Shown here piece after piece: positions 1 to 8,568 of a stretch of DNA of 64,000 bases. Positions within the stretch are counted from its first letter, which is position 1, and every line of letters begins with the position of its first letter. Position numbers and translations under genes: made by a program. The notes beneath the pieces were generated by a model. That model did no database searches. It saw nothing but the letters and a program-made list of their open reading frames with translations, and was not told the DNA's origin. The stretch covers positions 32,001 through 96,000 of the forward strand of contig JBMNJG010000005.1 in NCBI GenBank assembly GCA_050951545.1, written 5' to 3'. The DNA is from Limnochordia bacterium. Lineage in GTDB: Bacteria; Bacillota; Limnochordia; DTU080.

Positions 1-532
1 CCACCTCTGCAGGAAGTGGCTCACCCGTCAACGCTGCTGTATCCAAGGCTGCTTGACCAGCCAGAACCTCACCGTCCACAGGGACTTTGTCACCCGGCAG
101 CACCACCACGATCTGCCCAGCTTCAACCGTCTCCGCTGAGACCACCTGGATCTCTTCGCCGTCCTTGATCCGGGCCGTGCGCGGACGCATGTCAACCAAG
201 GTCCGCAACGCTGCCCGCGTCCGAGCCAGAGTGATATCCTCGAGATAGCTGCCGAGCATGTATAGGAAGGTGACAGCAGCAGCTTCCCATGGCTCGTCGA
301 TCCAGATCGCGCCCACTGCGGCAATAGAGACCAGCAAAGGGATGGTGAATTGCCTGGCCATCAGTCCCTGCCAGGCCAGGTTGAGCACCGGAATGCCAGC
401 GATCACAGCAGCAGTGACCATGAAATAAGAGTATTGAGAGGGGAACACCCACGCCGAGATGGCAAAGAATCCAGCCCCAACAATGGACATGAGTTTACTA
501 TGCTTCGCAATTATGTCCTGTATTTTAGACAT
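1..532 (-). CDS. Heavy-metal translocating P1B-type ATPase, N-terminal part (runs off the window edge)
   Basis: Not in the ORF track because it has no stop in the window. Manual translation from ATG 532 gives MSKIQDIIAKHSKLMSIVGAGFFAISAW...EPWEAAAVTFLYMLGSYLE...VVVLPGDKVPVDGEV...DTAALTGEPLP: TM helices plus the actuator TGE motif. A GGGGG RBS lies upstream. Confidence 0.9.
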   Translation of the reverse strand, partial: MSKIQDIIAKHSKLMSIVGAGFFAISAWVFPSQYSYFMVTAAVIAGIPVLNLAWQGLMARQFTIPLLVSIAAVGAIWIDEPWEAAAVTFLYMLGSYLEDITLARTRAALRTLVDMRPRTARIKDGEEIQVVSAETVEAGQIVVVLPGDKVPVDGEVLAGQAALDTAALTGEPLPAEV

Positions 533-600
533 AGTTACCCCCCTTGTATGATGATCCTAGGGGCAAGGCCCCAGCAGCCACTGCCGGGGCCCGGTCTTCG

Positions 601-810
601 CTACTCCGCAACGCCGACACCAAACTGCTTCACTTTCGCCTTGATGTCTGCCTCTTGCAGCTGACCCTCATCGTACTCCACACTGAGAGAACCCGTACCG
701 AACGACACCTTGGCCATCTTGATCCCCGGAAGCCTCTGAACGGCCTTCTCCAACTTCGCAGCGCAGCTCGGGCAACTGAGATTCTCCAGCATGATCATCT
801 GACGCTTCAT
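601..810 (-). CDS. Heavy-metal-associated (HMA, CopZ-like) metal chaperone
   Basis: MKRQMIMLENLSCPSCAAKLEKAV has the CxxC HMA motif; about 70 aa; GGAGG RBS; directly upstream of the P1B ATPase. Confidence 0.9.
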   Translation of the reverse strand: MKRQMIMLENLSCPSCAAKLEKAVQRLPGIKMAKVSFGTGSLSVEYDEGQLQEADIKAKVKQFGVGVAE

Positions 811-859
811 GAGCATCGCCTCCCAGACCTAGAATGACACAGCTCGGAGGCCTCATGCA

Positions 860-873
860 TTGACGCGCGTCAA
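860..873. promoter_or_regulatory. FNR-type operator TTGAC-GCGC-GTCAA
   Basis: Perfect 14-bp palindrome matching the TTGAy-N4-rTCAA pattern. It is centred about 42 bp upstream of the start site predicted from a minus-strand TGn-CATTCT -10 (836-831). The adjacent regulator has the FNR-type ETLSR recognition helix. Confidence 0.75.
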
Positions 874-879
874 GATGCG

Positions 880-1560
880 TCATATCTGTGCGAGATCCTT
901 GAGTTCCTGGGGATCTAGAATCGTAAAAAGGCGCTGACCAGTCTGCTGGATGAGGCCCTCCTCTACCATCGCCCTCAGCCTTCTGCTCAAAGTCTCCGGT
1001 GTGGTTCCCAGGCGAACGGCCAGCTCTGCCCAAGAGATCGGCAGCTGTATGGTGGCTGCCCCCACAGCCTCCGCGTAGCGTAGCAGTGCGGCCGCCAAGC
1101 GCTGGCTTACATCACGTAGCCCCAGCTCTGTGATAAGCTGTTCTGCTTCGTACAGCCTCTGAGCCAACGCTTCAACCAAGGCCAAGCTCAGCTCTGAATG
1201 GGCTCGCAACAGGCCTTGCACTCCGGTGCGAGGCACCATACACACGCTCGTGTCTGAGGCAGCGACAAGATCTCCCTCGAGCGTGATCTGAGCAAAAAGA
1301 GCCATCTCTCCGAAGAACTCACCCGGCCCCAAGACTCTGATCACTTGCTCTCGTCCGCTGGCGGTGGTGCGAGTTAGCTTGAGTTCGCCCTCGGCCACGA
1401 TAACCAAGTGCTCAATAAGGGTACCGTGGGCCAACACAATCTCACCGCGCCTCAGACGCCTATGATGCATAGTATCATCTAACTCCTGCAAGCTCTCCGC
1501 GGGCAGACTGCGAAAGATAGGCACGGCAGCAGCGCAGGATTCCGCCATCGTCATGTGCAT
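880..1560 (-). CDS. Crp/Fnr family transcriptional regulator (Flp-like)
   Basis: cNMP-binding-like domain (GEFFGEMALF) and C-terminal HTH (LGTTPETLSR). Start placed at ATG 1560 behind AGGAGG rather than at ORF start 1776. Confidence 0.9.
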   Translation of the reverse strand: MHMTMAESCAAAVPIFRSLPAESLQELDDTMHHRRLRRGEIVLAHGTLIEHLVIVAEGELKLTRTTASGREQVIRVLGPGEFFGEMALFAQITLEGDLVAASDTSVCMVPRTGVQGLLRAHSELSLALVEALAQRLYEAEQLITELGLRDVSQRLAAALLRYAEAVGAATIQLPISWAELAVRLGTTPETLSRRLRAMVEEGLIQQTGQRLFTILDPQELKDLAQI

Positions 1561-1886
1561 GTGACCTCCTTGAGAATCGTGCAATGCTTTGCGGGCTCGG
1601 CGGCCCCCGATCTTCATCCAGCGATGGTGTCGGCGGCTGCTCCCAGTGTTCGCCGTCTGTGACAAGAGCCTCCTGCCAATGGCGTGCAGCACTGCGAACG
1701 CCAGTGCACGCGAAAAACGGCAAAATGGCGGTAAACTGCTGGTTATGTCACGGTTTATTCTGAAACACCCAGACATCAGTGTAGGCGTGTTTGTCTGGCC
1801 CTCCAGCGGCAGCAGATGGACCGCACTAACATTGGCTGCACGGCTGATGTGAGCCCTGACGAAACGAACAAGGTGACCAAGGGTGA

Positions 1887-2949
1887 CTACTCGTCTTGCT
1901 TTCTCTCAGATTGGCTGGCGGTTCCCCAGCCACGTTCATCTATTCTTTGCTGGTACTCACCGCATCTACACTCGAGATAGTTGATGAGCTTCCGGTTGAA
2001 GTCCTGACCGCGCCGGAATGGCAGCCGCCTGTGAATCTTGCGCTTGATGATCTTGCAGGACAGCTCGTGAGCCTGAATCACGATCAGCTTGATCTTCTTC
2101 TTAGCGCAGATCTGCTGTTTGGTCTGGTCACGGCATTGCTGCTTATGGACCTGCTCAGCCGAATTCCGCTCAGTGACGCGGTAGTGTTGCGCCCCATTGA
2201 ACTCCATGGCCGTATTGTGCAAGTAATAGAAGAGATCGACCTCCAGACGCTTGCCAGTTGCTGGGTTCCTCATGAAACCTGGGCGCATTCCGTCGTCGAA
2301 GTCAAGGCAATCGACAAGCGCCAAGAAGATAGCCTGCATGAGAGCCTCTCCGAGGTGCGTAGCGCGGTGGAGCTCATCCTGCACGTCTAGTATTTCTTTT
2401 ACATTTCGCTTATCAACCGGGTTGTGGAGAGTGAAGCGAATCGGTGCCCGCTTGTGCGCCTGCTCCATCTCCAGCCAACCATGCTTGGCCAACTGACGAG
2501 CCGCGTGTTTGATGGTTTGGGGGCTCAGACTCATCCGGCCGGCTAACTCAGCGTATGTGAACTGCCTTTTGCGAGGTGGATCCGTAGGTTTGGACAGCAG
2601 TACGGCATAAACCAATTTGGCCTGTGCATGGATTTCAGTAGCCATGACTAACTCGACAGGCACGGAGACCCTGTCCGGGGATGGCTTCTGTGCCGCGGTC
2701 TGGTCCAGAACCCCGCCTAGCCGGTGGAGCAAACCAGCCCTCGGTGGTTAGCTTGGCTGTCGCCCTGCGAACGGTAGGCCGGGACATACCCGTGCGCCGC
2801 CCCAGGCGGCTGGGCGAGAAAAGGAAGCTTTCCTCCAGCTGATCATCCATCGTTAAGGCCATCCAAACGATCTTCTCGCTGGCTTTTAGCTCGCGAGTCA
2901 GTAGCAGTGAGAGCGGCACGTTCACCTCATCTACATAGAGAGAGTACAA
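1887..2949 (-). pseudogene. Tandem winged-HTH plus Vsr/DUF559-like (EDxHD-type) endonuclease protein, split by a single-base frameshift at 2731-2733
   Basis: ORFs 2635..2967 and 1887..2732 join if one T is removed from TGG-T-TTG-CTC. Two homologous HTH repeats (VNVPLSLLLTRELKASEKIVWMAL...SRPTVRRATAKLTTEGW and VSVPVELVMATEIHAQAKLVYAVL...SPQTIKHAARQLAKHGW) are followed by GEALM...RPGFMRNPATGKRLEVDLFY...AMEFNGAQHY...RDQTKQQIC...IKLIVI. TTG 2949 follows GAGGTGAGG. Confidence 0.7.
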
Positions 2950-2997
2950 GGGCCTCACCTCACACAACGATCATGTGTTCGATTGTCTCGATGCGAT

Positions 2998-3024
2998 GTT
3001 CGGTACGTGAGGCCAGAATCCTTC
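2998..3024 (-). promoter_or_regulatory. SigH-like promoter upstream of the HTH-nuclease gene
   Basis: Minus strand reads GAAGGATTCT-ggcctcacgta-CCGAAC, resembling the SigH AGGA...GAAT pattern seen repeatedly in this window. Confidence 0.45.
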
Positions 3025-3064
3025 CACAGCTTTCGCTGAAAACGCGTGCATTGCCGAGCTAAGA

Positions 3065-3080
3065 CCCGGTGGCCACCGGG
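3065..3080. repeat. Perfect 16-bp palindrome CCCGGTGGCCACCGGG
   Basis: Read directly; lies between the nuclease promoter and the start of the array. Confidence 0.85.
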
Positions 3081-3106
3081 AGTCGATTGCATTTCGCCCT
3101 CGGATC

Positions 3107-4958
3107 ATCGGCTCAGTGGGAAAAAGGTATCACCACTGTTCGGTTATGTACTGCCCAGTAGCTCCAGAAGGGCCACCAAGGCGGGAAAGCGTGCTCTTGG
3201 GCGGGGAAATGAGCCCTTCAGGCGGTCAAAATGAGCCAAAACGGGCTTCGCGAAGGCCGCATCGCTGCACTCTTACCACGCACACTGGCCCCGGGGGCTA
3301 ATGGGGCGGCCCTCTTGCCATCGCGGCCGGATCCTTGGCCCCGACTCACGTACCAATCCGGGTGCATCTGTTCGACTACCGAGCCAGTCTCGCGAGCGTG
3401 TGCATGGTGTCCGTCCACCTTTTTCGAAATGCACCGACCGGGGCAACACCAGAGGGTCGGTCCGCAGAGGGATCCGAGCGAGTCCGCTGTGATCGCGCAC
3501 TGGGGAGCTGACCCCAATCGGCTGAGTGGGAAAAGGCTATCGCCACCGTCGGGTTATGTGCTGCGCGGCAGCCCCCAAGGGGCCGCCAGGGCGGGAAAGC
3601 GTGCTTTTGGGCGGGGAAATGAGCCCTTCGGGCGGTCAAAATGAGCAAAAAGGGCTTCGCGAAGGCCGCATCGCTGCACTTTTACCACATACATTGGGCC
3701 CGGGGGCTAATGAGGCGGCTCTTTTGCCATGGCGGTCGGATTCCTGGCTCCGACTCACGTACCAATCCGGGTGCATCTGTCCGACTACCGAGCGAGTCTC
3801 GCGAGGGCGTGCATGGTGCATGGTGTTCGCCCACCTTTTTCGAAATACACCGACCGGGTTAACACTGAAGGGTCGGTTCGCAGAGGGACCCGAGCGAGCC
3901 CGCTGTGATCGCGCACTGGGGAGCTGACCCCATCGACTGAGTGGGAAAAAGGTATCACCACTGTTCGGTTATGTACTGCCCAGTAGCTCCAGAAGGGCCA
4001 CCAAGGCGGGAAAGCGTGCTCTTCGGCGGGGAAATGAGCCCTTCAGGCGGTCAAAATGAGCAAAAAGGGCTTCGCGAAGGCCGCATCGCTGCACTTTTAC
4101 CACGTACATTGGCCCCGGGGGTTAATGGCGCGGCTCTCTTGCCATCACGGTCGGATTTTTGGCCCCGACTCACGTACCAATCCGGGTGCATCTGTCTGAC
4201 TGCAGGGCCTGTTTCGCGAGCGTGTCCATTGATCCGTCCATTCTGTTCGAATGCACCGACCGGGGCTACACCGAAGGGTCGGTGCGCAGAGGGATCCGAG
4301 CGAGCCCGCTGTGATCGCGCACTGGGGAGTTGACCCCATCGACTGAGTGGGAAAAAGGTATCACCACTGTTCGGTTATGTACTGCCCGGTAGCCCCAGAA
4401 GGGCCACCAGGGCAGGAAAGCGCGCTCTTCTGGGGGGAAAAGAGCCCTTCAGGCCGTCCAAACTAGCCAAAAGGGCTTCGCGAAGGCCGCATCGCTGCGC
4501 TTTTACCACGTACATTGGCCCCGGGGGCTAGTGAGGCGGCCCTTTTGCCATGGCGGTCGGATTCTTGGCCCCGACTCACGTACCAATCCGGGTGCATCTG
4601 TCCGACTACCGAGCCAGTCTCGCGAGCGTATGCATGGTGTCCGTCCATTCTGTCCGAATGCACCGACCGGGGCAACACCGAAGGGTCGGTCGGCAGAGGG
4701 ACCCGAGTGAGCCCGCCGTGATCGCGCACTGGGTAGCTGACCCCAATCGGCTGAGTGGAAAAAGGCGATCGACACTGTTCGGTTATGTACTGCCCGGCAG
4801 CCCCAGAAGGGCCACCAGGGCCGGAAAGGGTGCTCTTCGCGGGAAAAAGAGCCCTTCGGGCCGTCCAGATCGGCCAAAAGGGCTCCGCCAAGGCCGCATC
4901 GCTGCACTTTTGCCACCTACACTGGCGCCGGGGGTAAATGGGGCGGCTCTTGCGGCAT
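3107..4958. repeat. Non-coding tandem array of ~410-bp units (4 full plus 1 half copy)
   Basis: Units start at ATCGRCTSAGTGG at about 3107, 3517, 3932, 4338 and 4746 (lengths about 410, 415, 406, 408 and 210 bp). Long invariant blocks include AAGGCCGCATCGCTGC and CCGACTCACGTACCAATCCGGGTGCATCTGT. Differences are scattered substitutions and frame-breaking indels. Confidence 0.95.
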
Positions 4959-5117
4959 AGGGCACTGTGAGCCATCCGTGGCAGTATCTGGCCTGGAAGC
5001 ACTTGAGGCAGGATTTGACGCATCCGTTAGCCAATTGGTGCCCACGTAGATGCGATTACGTCACGCGGCGGGCGCCCTACAGAGCGCCCGAATTGAGTAC
5101 TGGAGAGATCACTACCA

Positions 5118-7226
5118 ATGGACGATGCACAAAGACTTCTTCTTAGTGGAAACGAAGCTGTAGCCCTCGCTGCTTCGCACTGTGGGGTAGCACTCGGTGC
5201 GGGATACCCAGGTACGCCCTCCACAGAGATTCTGGAGACCTTTTCGGCACTGGGCGGTCATGCCCAATGGGCACCGAACGAGAAAGTAGCTGCTGAGGTC
5301 GGGTTGGGTGCAGCCTTTGCCAACGCTCGCGTGTTGGTCACCATGAAGCATGTGGGCCTCAACGTTGCCGCCGATTGCTTGTTCACGATGGCCTACACTG
5401 GTGTATCAGGAGGCTACGTGCTAGTTAGCGCTGACGACCCTGGCATGGCCTCCAGCCAAAACGAACAAGACACCCGCCGCTATGCTGAAGCAGCGGGGGT
5501 ACCGTTGCTTGAACCATCTGACGCGCAAGAGGCCTATGACCTTCTATGGTTGGCGTATGATATTTCCGAACGCTGGCAGTTACCCGTCATCTACCGCATG
5601 ACCACGCGCGTGTGTCATACCAAGAGCCCGGTCACGCCTCGTGGGCAAACTCGCTTGCCCAATGAAACGCGTTTCGTCCGCCAGATTCAGGAACGCGTCA
5701 TGATCCCCGGGCATGCGCGCCCCGCGCACCGACGTCTTCGCCAGAAGCTCGACGAGCTCCAAGCCTGGAACGAAGCGGAAGGGCCCAACCAAGTGATAGA
5801 GGGTAACAAGACATTAGGTATCATCACCTCGGGCGTCTCATTCCACCACAGCAGAGAAGCTGCCCCCGCAGCGCGTCTTCTCAAACTCGGCATGCCCCAT
5901 CCTCTGCCCGTACAGACTATCCTGGATTTCATCGCCTCGGTAGACGACTGCTTGGTGGTAGAGGAAAACGACCCCTGGTTGGTCAATGCCATTCGGGCGG
6001 CTGGTGGACATGTCAGAGGAAAGAACGACGCCATCTTTCGCTTTGGCGAACTAGACGTAGACCGGGTGCAGCGGATTGTGGATAACGACATCTCTCCCGA
6101 GGCCACAGCCGCCAAAGGAAGAGCTCCCGAGCTCTGTCCCGGTTGCCCACACCGAGCCACTTTCAGTATCCTCAAGCGGCTGAACTGCATCGTAGCTGGC
6201 GACATAGGTTGCTACACCCTGGCCGCTCTGCCCCCGCTGCAAGCAATGGATACGATGATCGACATGGGGGCAGCCATAGGGGTCGGGCTTGGTCTGCGGC
6301 ACGTACTCCCCCCGGAGGAGGCCAAGCGTGTGGTCAGCGTGATCGGCGACAGCACGTTTGTGCACAGCGGCATCACGGGATTAGCAGAGATGCTATACAA
6401 TCCGCCACCCACGGGCCACGTAGTCATTATCCTGGACAATGAGACTACAGCCATGACTGGCCTGCAGGAGCATCCGGGTACAGGGCATCGTCTGGATGGC
6501 TCCTCCTCGACTCGCCTCTCATTTGAGAAGCTGGCCGTGGCCATGGGTGTTACGAACGTGCATGTTTTGAGTCCCGTGCGGGAGGCAGAAGCATTCGAAG
6601 CGGCAGTAACCGAGGCCCTCGCCTCGGAAGCCTTGACGCTTATCGTCGCCCGCCAGCCGTGCATTTTAGCCAGCAAGAAACGGGCCCGCGCAAAGCAGCC
6701 AGAGGAAGCGCGCGAACTCGAAGCCAGCTGTGCGCCTCTGGTTTGCGCCCCGCAGGCTTCCGTAATCAACGTGCGCTTCGCCGGACTGGGCGGCATGGGC
6801 GTGGTGACTGCTTCCGATATCTTCGCCGACGTGGCCTTTTGCGCTGGTTACGATGTCAAGAAGGCAGATGTACATGGCATGAGCCAAAGAGGCGGCTCTG
6901 TCTCCAGCGACGTCCGTTTCGGATCAGCGGTCCACAGCCCCATGATCCCCTCAGGCCGCTGTGACATGCTAGTGGTCATGTGCGAAGACCAAGTGGAGGT
7001 GCATGCCTCGCAGCTGCGAGATGGTGGTACACTGATCAGCCCACAGGCCATCGATCTCTCTCAGCTGAAAAACAAGAAGGCACTCAATGTAGCACTGTTG
7101 GGGGTACTGAGCACATATCTGGACTTCCAGACTGCAGACTGGCTGCAAGTGTTGCGCAAGCGATTCCCCGAAAGGCTCTATGAGGCAAACCAAGAAGCTT
7201 TCCTTCTCGGAAGAGGGGGCAGATGA
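5118..7226 (+). CDS. iorA: Indolepyruvate:ferredoxin oxidoreductase alpha-beta fusion (IorA-IorB)
   Basis: LSGNEAVA, GYPGTPSTE, TMKHVGLNVAAD, SSQNEQD, LCPGCPHR, GDIGCYTL and IGDSTFVHSG are IorA motifs; FAGLGGMG and DVHGMSQRGGSVSSDVRFG are IorB motifs, all in one frame. Confidence 0.9.
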   Translation: MDDAQRLLLSGNEAVALAASHCGVALGAGYPGTPSTEILETFSALGGHAQWAPNEKVAAEVGLGAAFANARVLVTMKHVGLNVAADCLFTMAYTGVSGGYVLVSADDPGMASSQNEQDTRRYAEAAGVPLLEPSDAQEAYDLLWLAYDISERWQLPVIYRMTTRVCHTKSPVTPRGQTRLPNETRFVRQIQERVMIPGHARPAHRRLRQKLDELQAWNEAEGPNQVIEGNKTLGIITSGVSFHHSREAAPAARLLKLGMPHPLPVQTILDFIASVDDCLVVEENDPWLVNAIRAAGGHVRGKNDAIFRFGELDVDRVQRIVDNDISPEATAAKGRAPELCPGCPHRATFSILKRLNCIVAGDIGCYTLAALPPLQAMDTMIDMGAAIGVGLGLRHVLPPEEAKRVVSVIGDSTFVHSGITGLAEMLYNPPPTGHVVIILDNETTAMTGLQEHPGTGHRLDGSSSTRLSFEKLAVAMGVTNVHVLSPVREAEAFEAAVTEALASEALTLIVARQPCILASKKRARAKQPEEARELEASCAPLVCAPQASVINVRFAGLGGMGVVTASDIFADVAFCAGYDVKKADVHGMSQRGGSVSSDVRFGSAVHSPMIPSGRCDMLVVMCEDQVEVHASQLRDGGTLISPQAIDLSQLKNKKALNVALLGVLSTYLDFQTADWLQVLRKRFPERLYEANQEAFLLGRGGR

Positions 7227-7227
7227 C

Positions 7228-8568
7228 ATGACCGTCCAGTGGAACGATGTGGCGGGTAGCTTCAACCCGGAGAGTGCTCCGGACTACCTCCCGGAGCCCC
7301 AATTGCGTCGACTCCAGCTACAGCGACTCCAAGCGATTGTCCACCGAGCCTATGAGCGTGTAGACCATTTTCGTCAGCGTCTGAATGCCGCTGGTGTGAA
7401 GCCTGACGACATCCGTGAGTTGGAGGACATCCGCCTTCTGCCTTTTACGGAAAAAAGCGACCTTCGGGACACCTACCCCTACGGTCTGTTCGCCAGCCCC
7501 ATGAGTGATATCGTCCGTCTTCATGCCTCCAGCGGCACCACAGGAAAGCCAATTGTGGTCGGCTACACGCAGCAAGACATGGAAGTCTGGAAGAATGTGA
7601 TGAAACGGACGTTTGCCGCTGTGGGTTTGCATCGCCGAGACATCATCCAAAATGCCTTTGGCTATGGCCTCTTCACTGGTGGGTTGGGAGTACACTACGG
7701 GGCCGAAGCGTTGGGAGCTACTGTGGTTCCCATATCCGGCGGCCACAGTGATCGACAGATCATGGTGATGCGAGACTTCGGAGTCACAGCCATCTGCGCT
7801 ACACCGAGCTACTTCGTTCATCTTATTGAGGTAGCAGAGCGCATGGGCATAGAGTTGCGATCGCTTCCGCTACGCACGGGCATCTTTGGCGCCGAGCCTT
7901 GGACAGACCCGATGCGCCGCTATATCGAGGAGAAGGCAGGTATCAAAGCTTACGACATCTACGGACTCTCAGAGATCATTGGCCCCGGGGTGGGCAGCGA
8001 GTGTGAAGAGCAAGACGGCCTGCACATCCACGAAGATCACTTTCTAGCGGAAATCGTAGACCCTGTCACTGGAGACGTCATGCCTGAAGGCAAAGAAGGT
8101 GAGTTGGTACTCACCACCCTCAGCAAGGAAGCGATGCCTATCGTGCGCTACCGCACCCATGACATCACCCACCTCATCCCGGAGCCCTGCCCATGTGGCA
8201 GAACAATTCGCCGCATGTCTCGCGTTGGCCGACGTACAGATGACATGTTCATTGTGCGTGGCGTCAATGTCTTCCCAGCTCAGATTGAAGCAGCGTTGCT
8301 ACGGGCAGAACGCGATCTTCCTCACTACCAGATCATCCTGTCGCGCAAGGCAGGCCTAGACCAGATGGAGGTCCAAGTCGAGGTAACAAAAGAGTTGCTC
8401 GGCGACACCATCAGTCAAATGGAAAGCCTGCAAAGGAGATTTGCCAAGGCCATTGAAGACGTGGTAGGTATTCGAGCTACTGTCACCTTAGTGGAGCCCC
8501 AGAGCATCGCCCGCAGCGAAGGCAAAGCAAAGCGGGTACTCGACACGCGCAAGGAGGACCAGATATGA
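7228..8568 (+). CDS. paaK: Phenylacetate--CoA ligase
   Basis: HASSGTTGKP, GYGLFTGGLG, GAEPW, DIYGLSE, RYRT and GRRTDDMFIVRGVNVFP motifs. Confidence 0.93.
   Translation: MTVQWNDVAGSFNPESAPDYLPEPQLRRLQLQRLQAIVHRAYERVDHFRQRLNAAGVKPDDIRELEDIRLLPFTEKSDLRDTYPYGLFASPMSDIVRLHASSGTTGKPIVVGYTQQDMEVWKNVMKRTFAAVGLHRRDIIQNAFGYGLFTGGLGVHYGAEALGATVVPISGGHSDRQIMVMRDFGVTAICATPSYFVHLIEVAERMGIELRSLPLRTGIFGAEPWTDPMRRYIEEKAGIKAYDIYGLSEIIGPGVGSECEEQDGLHIHEDHFLAEIVDPVTGDVMPEGKEGELVLTTLSKEAMPIVRYRTHDITHLIPEPCPCGRTIRRMSRVGRRTDDMFIVRGVNVFPAQIEAALLRAERDLPHYQIILSRKAGLDQMEVQVEVTKELLGDTISQMESLQRRFAKAIEDVVGIRATVTLVEPQSIARSEGKAKRVLDTRKEDQI

Noticed and set aside
28-1033. Short ORFs 28..324, 192..452, 350..664, 544..837 and 668..1033
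   Set aside because: Alternative-frame or antisense shadows of the ATPase, HMA and Crp genes; the same applies to most small overlapping ORFs across this GC-rich window.
1561-1776. N-terminal extension of the Crp/Fnr ORF
   Set aside because: A strong AGGAGG RBS precedes ATG 1560 and the extension has no domain character.
1843-1870. Hammerhead-like CTGATG...GAAAC downstream of the nuclease gene
   Set aside because: Core reads CTGATGT rather than CTGANGA and no convincing stems were found.
3107-4958. Array as a CRISPR or other repeat-spacer array
   Set aside because: Units are ~410 bp and homologous along their whole length; no unique spacers and no cas genes.
1887-4958. Classical IS, prophage or integrated plasmid
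   Set aside because: No transposase, integrase, terminal inverted repeats or target-site duplication could be identified by eye.
3046-5034. Many short ORFs inside the array (e.g. LREGRIAALLP...RLTYQSGCIC)
   Set aside because: Unit lengths and indels are mostly not multiples of 3, frames and starts differ between copies, and substitutions between copies 1 and 2 are often non-synonymous.
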